Below are positions 1 to 13,800 of a DNA stretch of 64,000 nt, piece after piece. This DNA is from Vicugna vicugna (Eukaryota): positions 1-64,000 of the forward strand of contig MU058139.1 of NCBI GenBank assembly GCA_013265495.1. The letters run 5' to 3'. Both the position numbers and the translations under genes were made by a program. Numbering within the stretch: the first letter of the stretch is position 1; every line of letters starts with the position of its first letter. The notes under the pieces were generated by a model, which saw only the letters and a program-made list of their open reading frames with translations, ran no database searches and had not been told where the DNA came from.

Positions 1-1305
1 GGGCATAGCACCACATGGCTGGCTTGGCCCTTGTCCATGCATCTGCTCTTGGCATTGATGCCCGTGCCAGGCCCTGGGCTGCTGTAGCTTGCACTGGGCA
101 CCCCACTATACGTTGGGGGTCTGGAGTAGTTACTTTGTGGTCCATATTGGCTCATCTGTGGATCGCAAGTCCCACTTGAGTTACTCTGCTGAAAGCTACT
201 GTTCCCAGGATGCATCTGGCCTCCAGGACAGGGATGAGGTGACATGGATGGTCCTGTCTGTTGAGGTCCCTATTGAGACATCGGAGGGTTTCTTTGTGTG
301 CCTGCCATAAAACCTCTTTCCTGTGGCATTGGTGACTGGCTCAAGGCAGGTTGGGAACTGGATTCTGACTGGCTCCCAGGTGGCTGAGGAGGCATCTGAC
401 TGCCTGGAATACTTGCAGGAGAAATTGGGCCAGATTGGGACTGGTTGCTTCCTACAGGAGAGCCGACAGGAGAAGGTGATGGGCCCCCAGGGATGATGGG
501 GAGATGCATGCGGACAGAGAGGTGACTGAGCCGGATTGCTCTGATCTCCTTGGCTGCTCGTGGACCTGGATGCACTGGCTGCTGAGCTCAAAGTTGCTTC
601 TGTTCCAGTGGGGAGGTAATCAATGGAGCCAGACAGATCCTTGAGTCCAAAGGCGGTATCCTCTGAGGTCAAGACTTCAACTGGTAAACTTGATGGTCTT
701 TCTTGTTGTATTAAGCTCAAGTCTTCATGGTTAGGTTTTCCGGGAGTCAGAGGAGGTTGAGACCTAGTTCCATAGCCTTCCTGAGACATGTCCTGCTGCG
801 GCTGGTACCTCTGCTGGTACTGGGATGGCGGGTACTGCTCCTGCTGGGGGAGGTGCGGAGGCTGTGGCTGCTGGTTGTAGTAAGGCTGCTGGCACTGCTG
901 GCAGTAACCACTCAATGCCTTGCTGTCCATACTGAGGTGGCATCTGCTGCTGTGGGTACTGCATTCCTCCGATGGCCCCTGGGGTCCAACCTTAAATGCC
1001 AATGGGGTACTGCTGTGGGCCTGGGGGGCCGTAGCAGCCTCCCAGGTAAGGGTTGCTCTGCTGTGGCTGAGTGACGGTTGCTGCCCATCCCATACAGCTG
1101 AGGTCTCTTCATCACCATGGGATCCATTGGGCTGCCCTCGGATCTGCCCACGGTTGGGCCAGGGGTGTCGGGGCTCATTGTTGGGTGGCTTCTTTGTTGC
1201 GTGGCCACCCAGGCAGGGCTGGCAGCAGCGTACTCGGTGCCCATGTCCTTGCCCAAGCCCATGCCTGCGGCCGCCTGCTGGCCACCCGCCCCTGCCGCCG
1301 CCTCC
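1..1305 (-). pseudogene. ARID1B: ARID1B processed pseudogene; 5'-truncated and running off the window start
   Basis: Three overlapping minus-strand ORFs carry consecutive ARID1B peptides ([80 protein letters not shown]..; [30 protein letters not shown]). There are no introns, and there are several frameshifts and in-frame stops. Confidence 0.93.
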
Positions 1306-1309
1306 AGCA

Positions 1310-1660
1310 TGCAGCCAAAGACCAGAGGAGAACACCTTGCAGATATTTCTCTCCATGAAGCCTCCACTCTATACCTACCTTGGCATCCCCAGACTCCTAG
1401 ATCTATAACCTCTACTTGTGGAAACCACTGAACTCTACCTGAGTTTCCCTGTGCTTTGGCCTGGAGACCACTTAGCAATAAGTTAGGGCAGTTATAGGAC
1501 TCCCCTCATTTTCTTCCCTTTTCTCAGGGATCACTGAATTGCCGAATGTCCAATGTCTGAAAACCATTATTTCACTCATTTTGTCTGCTGTTGCTTTTTA
1601 GTTTTTCAAATAGACAGTTAAATCAAGTCCTTGTTACTGTCTTATGCAGAAAGAGAAATT
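1310..1660. mobile_element. Ancient L1M-type fragment
   Basis: Resembles a recalled old L1 consensus (ttctcagggatcactg...gtccaatgtctgaaaac...cttgttact). Confidence 0.45.
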
Positions 1661-1849
1661 CCCATGTGATATATTTTTATAGTGTTTGTCACCTGTGTTT
1701 TCTTGGAGTTGCTGGAGGTATCTTTGAGGATTTCCCTTTGCCTATCTGATATTTGAGCCTGTATTTTTAAACCCAGCATTCTATAATAGACTACCAGAAG
1801 TCAGTGAGATCCCATGGAAGTAATTTTATTATAAGAATATAATTAAATT

Positions 1850-2060
1850 ATTTTATTAAGTGCTTAACTCTACACTTGGCACCATTACACAAGAACTTGG
1901 CTTACAGTTATCTTATTTAAAACCAAAGTTTATCTCCAATTTATATATGAGAAACAGGCTAAAAAGGCTGAGAAACTTGCCCAAAGTTATACAGTATACA
2001 AATGTCAGAGCCCATTTTCAAATTTAGGTTGTATACCCAAAGCCTATGTGTTTAATCAGT
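1850..2060 (-). mobile_element. MIR SINE
   Basis: MIR core motifs (gagaaacaggct...acttgcccaaagttatacag). Confidence 0.6.
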
Positions 2061-3953
2061 ATTGTATCCTCTCTTTAGTTTCATTATTATTGATGGTGTT
2101 TTGTTTGGAAAAAAAAGGTTATCTAACATTTTTAAATTTTAGACTTTTACCTTCATTACATTGGATCTTTTTTAATCACCTTATTCTTCTTGATAAGTTC
2201 TAAGTTTTAACTTTTTTGGAAGTATCCAATGTGTAAAATTCCCCTGAGTTCTTTTTGAAATGAGCATTTAATGCGATAAATTAATGTCTTTTATCAGCCT
2301 GATTCTATTTCATCTGCCTTTGAGGTATGTGCACATATATGTGTGTGAAATGCGGTAAAATACCAATGCAGCATTTTTCTGTTCCTCATCTTTTGGTACC
2401 TCAAGGAGACTTAGAATCGTTACCTCAGCTATAACAATGTGTTCATTGGAGGCTAAATATCCCCCGTTTTCTTTTATATGGAAATGTGAGCAATCAGAAA
2501 TTGTTAAAGATTTGCCAAAGTTAATTATTAGCAAGGTTAACAGCAGGTACTCAGTGTGCCAGGCAAGCAGCGCTGCAAGTCTGATACCACTTATTGAAAG
2601 CTTGAATTGCACCAGTCACTGTGCCTAAAACTTTACATGTATTATGAATTCTTGCAAGATGGTAATGTAGCTCTCAGTCTGATTTTCACAGATAAGAAAA
2701 TGACTCAAAGATCAAAGTGCCTTCTGGTGAAAATTACCAAAAGCCCCATCAAACTGTCTTAACACATGTAGAATTCTTGACCACCGATCTGGAAGTCCAG
2801 AGATAGCACAGTCTGAGAACTTTGGTTCTGGCTTCATTTCCCTGCTAGAGTCTTAGTCTGGCTTCCTTATCTCTGTGTTAACTTCATCTTAAGACTAGTT
2901 TTGAACAAAAGCATCACATGCAGGCCTCATACATGTACATTTATACATCTGAACATGTCCAGAGAAGAGGAGAGCGTCTCTTCTTGACACTGTCCCAGAA
3001 GAAAGAGGAAGAACGTTCCCCAAAGTCCCAGCCAACCCCTCCTTGTTTCTTTTTGGCTCAGAATGGTCACATGGGCATACCTGAACCTAGCATTGACAGA
3101 GGGAATAAAGGGAATTTGGAGTTAACCTTTATAATCAATCCTATTGCTGGGAAGCGTGGACTTCAAGGGGGACAAGCGTGTACCTGAGCGAATTCAGAGT
3201 TTTGTTGGGAAGGAGGAAGAAAAGGAGGATTTTGGATGGGCATCTAACAGTATTTGCTACAGTTTTCCCTGTCTCACTCATCTACCAAGTGACTGAACTT
3301 GAGATTGAGCCCAAGTAGTTCTGACTCCAAATCCCATAGTCTTTCTCTCAAGCCCTGAAGCTTGCTAGTATGCCGTCCTGCTGGTAACAGAGAAAAAACA
3401 CTCTGTACCTTTTTTTTTTTTTTTTGGTAAAATAAGTTACTGGGCACTAAATGTGTTCATTCCAGAAACAGTTCTTACATGAGTGGCACATTTTTCGCTT
3501 TCATTTCAGGCACCGATCCCTCTTCTGTATTAATCAAAATGTAATATGTAGGACCCCTCCACCCACCCCGCACTCTAGTTTGTTTTACTTGTAAGACAAT
3601 GACTTGATTCACTTTCATCAGATGTGTGAAATGAAATGTTTGCTCATGTGTGAAGTCTGAGGAATCGCTATTAAGACTTTTTCCTTTAGAGGAGACTTTC
3701 TGTGCTTACTGATCTTTGGGTAAATAGAGTGATATTTTAACAACTTTGTCTAAAGAACTCAAACCTGATGGCTTCCCAGAACAATATTTACCCATTAGGT
3801 ATTTACCCAAATTACTCTTCCAAGAATCATGGAATTCTTTGTATATGAGCAACCCCAGAGTAGTTCCAGTCATAGAGTCTAGTAATAAACATTTTTGAAG
3901 AGAAAGCTTCCTTTCATTTGCCATCTAAGGCTCTCATTGAAAGTTTATTCTTT

Positions 3954-4099
3954 TATTTTTTAAACTCATACATTTTTTTGGTTGGGTAGGGGTTAATTAG
4001 GTTTGTTTTATTTATTTTTAGAGGAGGTACTGGAGATTGAACCCAGGACCTCATGCATGTGAAGCATGTGCTGTACCATTTGAGCTATACCTTCCCCCC
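3954..4099 (-). mobile_element. tRNA-derived camelid-type SINE (Vic-1-like) with 16-bp TSD
   Basis: The reverse complement reads GGGGGAAGGTATAGCTCAAATGGTACAG..GAGGTCCTGGGTTCAATCTCCAG (A and B boxes) with an A-rich tail. Exact flanking direct repeat TGAAAGTTTATTCTTT at 3938-3953 and 4100-4115. Confidence 0.88.
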
Positions 4100-4124
4100 T
4101 GAAAGTTTATTCTTTAATCATTAT

Positions 4125-4207
4125 GTCTTGGTTGGCCCAGATGGTCCTAGTTTATCCCTCTTTGTACTCGTAAGTGTCCAATTTGATGGCAACATATGTG
4201 GTCACCT
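4125..4207. mobile_element. MER94/MER81-like hAT-Blackjack MITE remnant
   Basis: Motifs tgtccaatttgatg..atatgtggtcacc resemble the recalled consensus. Confidence 0.45.
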
Positions 4208-5053
4208 GGTTCTTGGAAGTTAAAATTTAATAAACAGGATTTGGTGGGGCTATAAACCATATAACTTAGTCAAAAGTTTGAAGTCTGGGTTTTGAAAACT
4301 TAGCGATACTCTATTTTACCTCTCTGAGAGTCAGGAGAACAGTGGTACCTGGTCCTACTGGAGTGTGAAGTTGATGAGAATTTCTTGGCTTTTAAATACT
4401 TTTTGTCTCCATGGTGAATGGATTTTGTTTTCTGAATGTGAACCTTTCTAGACAATGAAATAATTAGAAGGCTGTGTGATCAATTCTGGTACTGCCCCAG
4501 TCCAATCTAATATCAGCTTTCTATTGGGGTCTTTGAATATATTTAATCTCCTCCTTTTCCTGTGCTAAGAAATGTGGATAGAGGTCCCTGTCCCATGAAT
4601 ACTGTCATAGATTAGTATGTTCAGTGTTTTAAAGGCAGAGCAACCTATCATTTTAACTTTTAGCGTATTTAACTATTGCCAGTCTGGCAGAGTATTTCTA
4701 GGTAGAATTAAAGGTAGACACTGAAATTGCTAGAATAATTATAGCTCTCATAAGGATAAGAAAAGTTATCCATTATCTGAAAAAGAGCACTGATCTTTAA
4801 TATAATGCTGGCATCAGCTTACTCAAGAGAAGGTATTGAAAGTTATTTTCTCTATTGGTAAAATATTTCTTCCACCACCTTGGCATAGTGATAATAGTAA
4901 ATGGCTTCATTGTCTATAAATGCTGAAAGCAATTATTAACATTTCAACTGTATCTAGGAAAACTTAAGGAAACATTGCTTCCTGTTTTTGTATTTTCTGG
5001 GATTTTTTTTTTTTTTTTTTAAAAATTTTTAAAAATTGTATAGTTTCAAAGTA

Positions 5054-5277
5054 NNNNNNNNNNNNNNNNNNNNNNNNNNNNNNNNNNNNNNNNNNNNNNN
5101 NNNNNNNNNNNNNNNNNNNNNNNNNNNNNNNNNNNNNNNNNNNNNNNNNNNNNNNNNNNNNNNNNNNNNNNNNNNNNNNNNNNNNNNNNNNNNNNNNNNN
5201 NNNNNNNNNNNNNNNNNNNNNNNNNNNNNNNNNNNNNNNNNNNNNNNNNNNNNNNNNNNNNNNNNNNNNNNNNNNNN
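5054..5277. other. Assembly gap (N run)
   Basis: 224 N bases. Confidence 1.
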
Positions 5278-8149
5278 ATATATTTATGAAAAATTAATGA
5301 AACATAGTTTACCTTTTTTTTAATTTCTTGGAATTTTTTTTTTTTTTTTTAGAAACTGCTAAAAATTGCATAGTTTCAAAGTAATTTTTCATGCCTGATA
5401 AATTTCCAATCCATTCAGTTCATTTAATAAATATCTCTGGACCTGTATAATTGTTTTATAATTAAACAGGCCACTTCAATAATAGATTGCTTTATAATGT
5501 TTGTTTTTTTAAAAAATTGAATATTTTTGAGCATTGATGATGACTTAATAAAGCATCAACATATTTTATTATCATCATGGATCACATAGGGACTCAGCTG
5601 CTTCTAACTGGCCAAAACCAAAATGCATGATCAAACATACGTAGCAAATAGCTTTTTAAGATTTGTGTTATTCCTACCTTTTTTGAGTTACTGATTATTT
5701 CATTGAATTTTTTGAGGGTGTCACCAGTATTATTCTCATTTTATAGATGAGAACATTGAGATTTCAGAACAAGAAGTAACTTGAACTGGATTATACAGCT
5801 AATACACAGAAGACTGCAGAAAACTACTTCTTTTTTTAAAACTTTTTATTTTGAAATGCTTCAACTTACTTACAGAAAATTAGAAGAAATAGCATAAGTA
5901 CCCCATATAACCCTACACGTGGAATCAACTATTGATTTAAGGGCAAAGTGAAGATATGATTGTTTGCCCTAAGTCAGTACGTATTTTCTAAGAACAAGCA
6001 CAATGTAAGTAGTAATGGGTTTCAGGAAATAAATTTCCTTCTTAACCAATATCCTAGATTGTTTCCCCAATCTCGATGAACAAGACTGTTATTGACATAT
6101 CCAGCCATTGAGTCAGTGCACTGATTTTGTCTTTGAGAACAAGGTTTCCTAGTTTTTGCTGCACTTTGGCATCTTTGTAGTCAACCAGTGAGTGCTACTT
6201 TGAGCTGTCAGTAAATGCAGTCTAAAACCTGTTCACAAAATTTGTATTACTAGAATTCACTTTGAGCTGCTTTTTGACAGCCTATATGGTCTCTGGATGT
6301 ACATTTGGGAACTGGGTAAGAGATGAGAGTCCATGGGTTTCCTCTCCCACAATGTTATTCAGTAAAGTTAACTGCAGTGAATCGAAACTGAATCCTTGAG
6401 TCTTCAAAAGTCTCTGACTTCTGTACCCGAAGAAAATATGAAGGGAGCTCATTTTTGCCACTGGTTGACTGGAAGGATTTATGGTTCCCCCAGTGCGACT
6501 CCCCTTTCAACAGAACAGTGATTTTGCTTTAACTATTTCCTTGAGCAGGGAACTCCGAGAAATGTATTCCGGGATATTTCCCTTCCTCTCCATAACGTAT
6601 GTTGGCACCACTGTGAATTGTGACCTTCATGACTTCATAAAATGTCCTGCGTCCAGCCACAAACTTACTGGAATTTTGTGATCTCAACATTGGCACCACT
6701 GCAGGGCAAAACACATCCCCAGCTCCCCACATAATTCATCCCAAGTGACAAATCTGACTTTCAATCCAAGCTCCTCAGTACATATGCAGTAAAAGTGTCT
6801 GTTTAATATCAGACACTTAGAGGTATGGCTTGTTACTCTCACAGACATATGGGGCTGCCAAGCACCTTTGTTTAATCATGAATAGCAAGAAACGGCATTT
6901 CTGACACTACCCATAACATCAGTCCTTCCTCAGATACTTCATGTAAGGTAGATTCCTGCGTAGACAGTGTATTTTTTGTATATCTAATGTCTCAAAGCTT
7001 AAAGCTGTCATATTCTTTAAGTTTCCAGTGTTTCTACCCTGTATCAGATTCACTGAATTTGTGAAACTCCTTTCCTCTGCTTAGCAATCTGCCATTTCAG
7101 AAGAGATCTCAGGGATGTGCTGTCCTGACCTCTAAAGTTCTTTACTTTATTCCAAAATAATTAGGAAGGCAGGGTAGAGTATTTAGTCCCAGACAAGAAC
7201 AAACAAACCCCAAACAAGGGACATTTCAGAAGCAAGATTGCACTTGGAATAATTTTAGATACAGCTCATTATTTCTTCAAGTTGCCTTCAAAACTTTTAG
7301 AAGTAGTTGGCTCTAAACTGTAAATGAATACTTTTTCTTCAACACTAAATAATCTAAGAGCTAAAATTAGTCCAAACTTGAGGAAATGAAGACCTCTAAC
7401 TATAATAAGAGAACATATTGGGTTTTTTCTTTTTTACTGTTAAATTTGTCTTAATGTGAGATATACGATACTGTTTTTTTGCCAAATAGCCATACATAGT
7501 TCAACTCCTGGGATTTCATGATAAGGGCATTTGTTTAGAAAGCGGTCTTTCACGGTCAAGTAACATTTTCCTCAATTCCCTTTCAGCTGACTTCTGAAAT
7601 GTGTTGAGGTTTTGGTTTTCAAATGTGATGGATAGAAAACCAGTTTTTAAATATACCATTGTTCTATGTAACTACTAACATCCTTTTCATTAATTTGCAA
7701 AAAAAAAACTAATAGAATATCTGTTATGGTCTATTTTTAGGGGTACAAATATGGAATGGTTCTCTAAAAATTCAGATTGTAGGGGGAGGACTGGCTGGTT
7801 AAAGAATGACAGTATAATGCAGTGAAATGCTCAGAGAGCTCTAGGAACACGGAGGAGGTGCCCTAACTTTTCCGGCTGCTGGTCAGTAGATGTAGGTTGT
7901 CCCATTCACTTAAGGTGCGTGTCCAGGAATGGGCAGAGGATATAGACTCTTGCCAACCTTAATTGTATTATTTTAATACTTATTAGCAGCACAGCCATTG
8001 TCTTTTCAAAATGAATTGATTTCAATCCTACCCCTCAAGGACAGCGTCTGGTTTAGGGTTTACTTTCTTAAGAATTTGTTTTCTCCTCTCCCTGTATGAC
8101 CCTCAGTTTCCTCATCTCTAACGTGAGAATAATAAAAGTCAGAATCACC

Positions 8150-8250
8150 ACATGTGGCTTTGGAATCTGTGCACTGCACAACTCCAAGAGGCACCATTTA
8201 CATGGACCAGTATATGAGTGGCACCCCCTGGAGTTGTGCAGCTATAGTAA
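8150..8250. mobile_element. MER91-like palindromic hAT MITE
   Basis: Inverted repeat tgcacaactcca...tggagttgtgca, typical of MER91. Confidence 0.65.
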
Positions 8251-8307
8251 ATGGTACTTACCCACAGGGCTGTGGGGAAGATTTTTTTTAGCAAGGTGGA
8301 ATCCAAC

Positions 8308-9480
8308 TTTTGTTTTGGACGTACAGTTGATTTACAATATTAGTTTCAGGTGTACAGCATAGTGATTCAGTATTTTTACAGATTATACTCTGTTAAAAGT
8401 TATCACAAGATAATGGCTATAATTGTCTGTGCTGCACAATATATCCTTGTTGCTTATTGATTTTAATCATAGCAGTTTGTATCACTTTATCCCATACCCC
8501 TATCTTGCCTCTCTCCCTTTCCCTCCCCCTACTGATAACCACTAGTTTGTTTTCTGTATCTGTGGGTCTGTTTCTGTTTTATTGAAAAAGTATTCATTTG
8601 TTTTATTTTTTAGATTTCACATATAAGTGTTATCATAGAGTCTTTGCCTTTTTCTATCTGCCTTATTTAACTAGGCATAATATTCTCTGGGTCCATCCAT
8701 GTTGCTGCAAATGGCAGAATTTCATTCTTTTTTAATCGCTAAGTAATATTCCATTGTGTGTGTGTTTGTGTGTGTGTGTGTGTGCGCCACATCTTCCTTA
8801 TCCATTCATCTGTTGATGGACACTTGAGTTGCTTCCATACCTTGGATATTGTAAATAATGCTGCTGTGAACATTGAGGTGCATGTATCTTTTTGAATTAG
8901 TGTTTTGATTTTTTTCCACCCAGGAGTGGAATTGCTGGATCATATGATAGTTCTGTTTTCAGTGTTTTTGAGGAACTTCTATACTGCTTTTTATAGTGGC
9001 TGCCCTAATTTACACTCCCACCAACAGGGTACAGAGGTTCCCTTTTCTCCACATCCTTGTCAGCATTTGTTCTTTGTGGTCTTTCTGATGATGGCCATTC
9101 TAACAGGTGTGAGGTGGTGTCTCATTGTGGTTTTGATTTGCTTTTCTCTAGTGATGTTGAGCATCCTCTCATGTGTCCATTAGCCATCTGTACATCCTCT
9201 TTGGAAAAATGTCTGTTCAGGTCTTCTGCTCATTTTTTTGTTTGGATCATTATTTTTTTTAATATTGAGTCATATAAACTGTTTATATAGGCGGATATTA
9301 ACCCTTGTCAGCCATAGCATTGGCAAATATTTTCTCCCATTCTGTAGGTTGTCTTTTCATTTTGTTGATGGTTTCCTTTGCTGTGCAAAACTTAAATTTA
9401 ACTAGATCCCATTTGTTTATTTTTGCTTTTTCTTATTTTGGCCTTAGGAGACAGATCCAAAAATATTGCTGTGATTAGTG
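8308..9480 (-). mobile_element. LINE-1 3' fragment (ORF2 C-terminus + 3'UTR) containing a (TG)n tract
   Basis: Antisense L1 text (tacagttgatttacaatattagtttcagg..., ccatccatgttgctgcaaatggcagaatttc..., ctttggaaaaatgtctgttcagg). Confidence 0.9.
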
Positions 9481-10429
9481 ACAAAGATGAAATGATCTAT
9501 GTTAAGTGGTGAGCACAGTGGTAAGAACATAAGGACTCAATACATGCAACCATTGCTGCTTTATTTCTATAATAATTATTATTAATATTTCACATACATT
9601 CTTTTTATAGCCTTTAAAAACATGAAACAAAGATGTGTCAATGAAGAAATCCTAAAAGCTATGATACATAAACTTAAGTCCTAATGAGATAAAGCCAATG
9701 TTATGTATTTAAAGGGACATCTGGAATTACATTTAGAGTTAATCACGACAACATTATAAAATGTCTCATACTTTTTTGTGGTTTATAAATGATTGCCTTC
9801 TATTTTTTATTTCCAAGTGGAGGAATTTTAGTAGGTACCCTCGGCTTCTCCTGCATAATTTTTCTTACAGTGTAACCAACTATAAGAGCAGCTTCTCATC
9901 GGTCTTAGAAACCTATACTTATGTTATTTTTTTAAATAAATGAATAGTAACTGACTTCGAAGACATTAGGAAAAAAGATATATTAGGCTGAGTTTTTAAC
10001 ATATGAGTATGTGTAAGAGACAAAATTAATTGCTGCTTTCTTTTAAAATATAAATCTAATATTGTTAAACTATTTCAGTAAATGTACTTTGTGCTTAAAT
10101 CCTTGAAGAGCTATGAAGATGCATTTGTTTCAGTATAGATCATTTCCTTATAACTGTCTACCTATTATTGATACTTTAGAATTTGTTTCATAATAATAAA
10201 GATGTGCTGAGCATACTTTGTGCTTTCATTGATGTAAAGTCTAAAAACAGCATGTCTGTGTAATGAATTTTGCCAGGTATTTAATTTCATGGACTATTGC
10301 TAAGTAGAAAATACATACTTTCTTGCCATTTACCTTTCACGAGGTTTCTGACATGAATGAAGCACATTCACTTTCATCAGAAAATTACAACAAAAAATTA
10401 AATGAATTGGGAACATTAAATACTGACTT

Positions 10430-10840
10430 CGGATAAGGATAGCAAGTATAACCAACGAAACTCACAATGTATAATGGTTCAAATAATATTGAAGTTTGTT
10501 TCTAATTTTTGTGAAGTCAAGAGCAGGTGTTCCTGATTGGTAGGAAACTCACCTCCAAGACGGTTATTCTAAGACTTTGACTCTGCATTTTGTGTTCTGC
10601 TGTCTTCAACACATGATTTCTAAATGTGTCCATCCACGTATATTCAGCTAAAAGGGAACAGACATGGAGGAGTACAGATCAGAGGATTTTTTATGGCCCA
10701 GATGTAAATATGGTACCTAACACTTCTTCACATGTCATCAACATGGTAACCTGGCCATACCTAACTGCACAGGGGGGAGAGAAATGTCACAAATGTGTCA
10801 AGGAAAGAAGGAGGTTTGGGTGAGCAGTTGGAAGTCTCTA
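10430..10840. mobile_element. Old MaLR (MLT1-type) LTR
   Basis: Motifs such as catggtaacctggccatacctaactgcacagggggg..gagaaatgt resemble MLT1J/K. Confidence 0.5.
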
Positions 10841-13800
10841 AAAATCAGACATCATTTTCGCACACTTTTCCTCTATATGAGGACAACCCCAAATATATTC
10901 ATACACACACACACACACACTCTCATGTAAATTTGTATGTATATACCTATATATCTATATATATATGTGCATGTGTTAATGGGTTATTGAGAAATTCCTC
11001 TTTGGGATGTGTTGCTTTTGAAGTCCATTTACTACTTGTGTTAATTGAGGAGATGAAGGAGTATCTTAAGGAATGAACAGTCAAGGGCATTCTTTTATTC
11101 TGGGCTCAGAATTTCTCTGGTTCCTTCAAAAACTTTAGAAGCCTTTGATGTTTGTACTTCTGATCAGTTCTTTGTGTTAGGAACCAAACCCAAGTTCTTT
11201 CCTGGATACAATCATCAAGACGTATTTCATTTTGCTTCCTCTCTTGCCTCTTTGTCTCCACCTTTTCTGGCTTACCTTGAGGCCATGAGAAGCAGAAACG
11301 GCAGACTGGAAGGCGAGAAAGGCTTGTTTGGCAGAACCAAACATTTGGCAAAGCTGACCCTGCAGGAACTTGGAAAGCAGACCAAGTACTGCTGCAACTC
11401 TAGCTCTCAGGCAAGAATTTGGAAAGCAGAATATTAGGAGTGTTAGTTACTACTTACATCTAGTAAAGTATTTGAGAGGATCTCAGGCAAGAATTGGCTG
11501 GTTGGAGACACAGATGGAAGGGAATAGAACGAGATCAGAAACCTGGTGACTTGAAAGATGGGGAAGGCCCTGCTTTTGGACCCTGTGCAGTAAGTGATCA
11601 GATGAAGACATTTTTTGAAAATTGCTGCTGGCCAAACATCATGATTTTAAAATACTGAACGCTGCTGCTGACTACTTAATTTTAGTTGAAATTTCTCACA
11701 TTCATAAATATAACTTTTGTAATTCCAGTTAGTGATTGTATAAAATGGAATAAGCATATAATGAAATCTAATGTCATATTCACTAGACGTTCACCTGCCC
11801 TTATTATAATAGTAATCTGAATTCACTAAGTGATGTAAGTGTATTATCTTCATACACACGCACGTGCACACACGTGCACACACACACGCACTCACACACA
11901 AATGAGATCCCTGTGGCCCATTAGCGGTGCCATTGAGAAAGAATATTCTGGGTTACTAAGAAAGTATGTTACTAGCATAAATTATAATTACGTTTTCTAC
12001 CGATTTACTATGGTTTTCCTCTATTAATATACTTTAAAATCTCTCTCCAATATTTGTCTTTTTTGCAAATGTATTCCCATTTTGCTCATAGGAAGAGTGA
12101 CATAATCACAGTAGCCATCATTTATTGAATGTAACTGAGCTGGCATTTTACTTACATAGTTTAATGTTCACCATTACCCTTATACATAGCCACTATTTCT
12201 ATAGTGGGCATGGTTATTTTCATTTTTATTGGCAGGAAATTCATTTTAAATCTAAAACAAAAAAGGGAAATTTACTGCAATTTACAATCTCACTCAAGAG
12301 CAATTTGGCCTCACGTGTGAGTTAAGCTAAGAACTCGAAAGCTGTCACATAACAAGACAGCCACTTCTTTAGTCCTTAATCCCTGGTTCTGAACCACATG
12401 GACTTTTATTTCCCTCTCTGGCTCCTAGTGTCTTTTGCCTTTGCTGTCTTTTCCTGCTTCTCCTTGCGTGGGCTACCCTACCAACCTCTGGTTCCAGCTG
12501 CCAGCAGAGGCCTGTTGACTGCTACTCCATCTAAATAATACACAGAGAGGAAATCGATGGTCCTGGATCAAGTATCCACTCCAGGCATTAGCCCCAAAAA
12601 TGGCCTCTGATGCTCCAGTTTGAGGAGGGGCATAGAAGGGGACGAGGGGGCTGTTCTCTGAAAAAGAGTGTGTCACAGGCCAAGCAGACACTGTACAAAA
12701 ATGTGCACTACAACCACCATTCTGAAAATAAGGAGACAGAGACACTGAGAAGGTAAATAATTTAGCCAAAACTGCAAATAAGAGGAGAAACCAGTGGAAT
12801 TTCAACTCAGGTCCCTGTGAATCCAAAACTCACATTGTTACATTTTGCTACTCAGCCTACTGTGTAGAGTATGAATCAGCAGTTCTTTGAACCACTGCCT
12901 TCTGCTTTCACTGTCTTTGTTCAGGTGTGGTAAATCTTAAATGAACAGATAGCCCATTGTGGTCATAGCAATTATTGTTAGAGATCTTAATAATTTTTCA
13001 GTGAACTGGTGTTCTCCTTCAGGATTTATCTGACACAAGTATGTGCTAAAAAAAAATAAGTAAAACTTACAAGTCTTTCTGTTAATTTATTTTCCCATGA
13101 AATCCAGTTTATTTCCCAGAAATTAAATGCAAAAAATGTTTAATTCATCAATAGGCAGAAATATGAGACCCCTTGAGTAGATTATATGGTTCCCCATGTG
13201 AAGACGCTTTAATTCTGGAGGCTGGTTGTTGGTTATTGTTGGAGCTTTGTAATTCTTTATAAACAAAATGAAGGACTACACTTTAAACCATCTGGTTTCC
13301 TAGTTATGATACTTCTGTTTTACAAGAGGAAGGCAAGGTGAACAGAGGGTGAAATGTTTGCTGTCATCAGTAAACAAAGATCTTATGATTCCAGGAAAAC
13401 CAGGGTAATAGGGGAGCACCAAGTGAATGTGTTTAAAAATGGTTCCAGTTTTAATCTAACAAGGAGGAGGGAAGTGATTCTGTTCCTTGGTGCTTGAACC
13501 TGTCTAAATGGAAACAGGCTGTCCCATAAAATCAGCACCAGTTCATACATACAATGACTTTTGATCTGAATTTACCATCCGGTAGGGCCCTCTAGGGACT
13601 GCGTCGCCATCTCCAGAGCTCATTTCAATCAGACTCAAGAATGAGAGGTGAAATGATAATGTTTCAGGTCATGTGGGTCTTCAGCTCAATCTTGCCATCA
13701 AGAGATTTTCCTCAATATGTTTTTTGACTTCGTTCACTAAGTGCAAAACAAATATTTGAGGCATGAAGGAAGGGAGCACAGTCTTCTTTTTTTCTTAAAG

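Noticed and set aside
196..1478. 386-aa and other long ORFs as a novel protein-coding gene
   Set aside because: Frameshifted mosaics of the ARID1B pseudogene, plus antisense shadow ORFs.
3706..3924. 72-aa ORF considered as an exon of the usual VIM neighbour ST8SIA6
   Set aside because: No sialylmotif or recognisable ST8SIA6 peptide in the frames examined; the gene is probably outside the window.
5960..6960. Long stop-poor minus-strand frame (…KGSRTGGTINPSSQPVAK…FPNVHPETI) considered as an endogenous viral or sialyltransferase remnant
   Set aside because: No recognisable motif beyond short chance matches, and several stops. A TBLASTX or HMM search would be needed.
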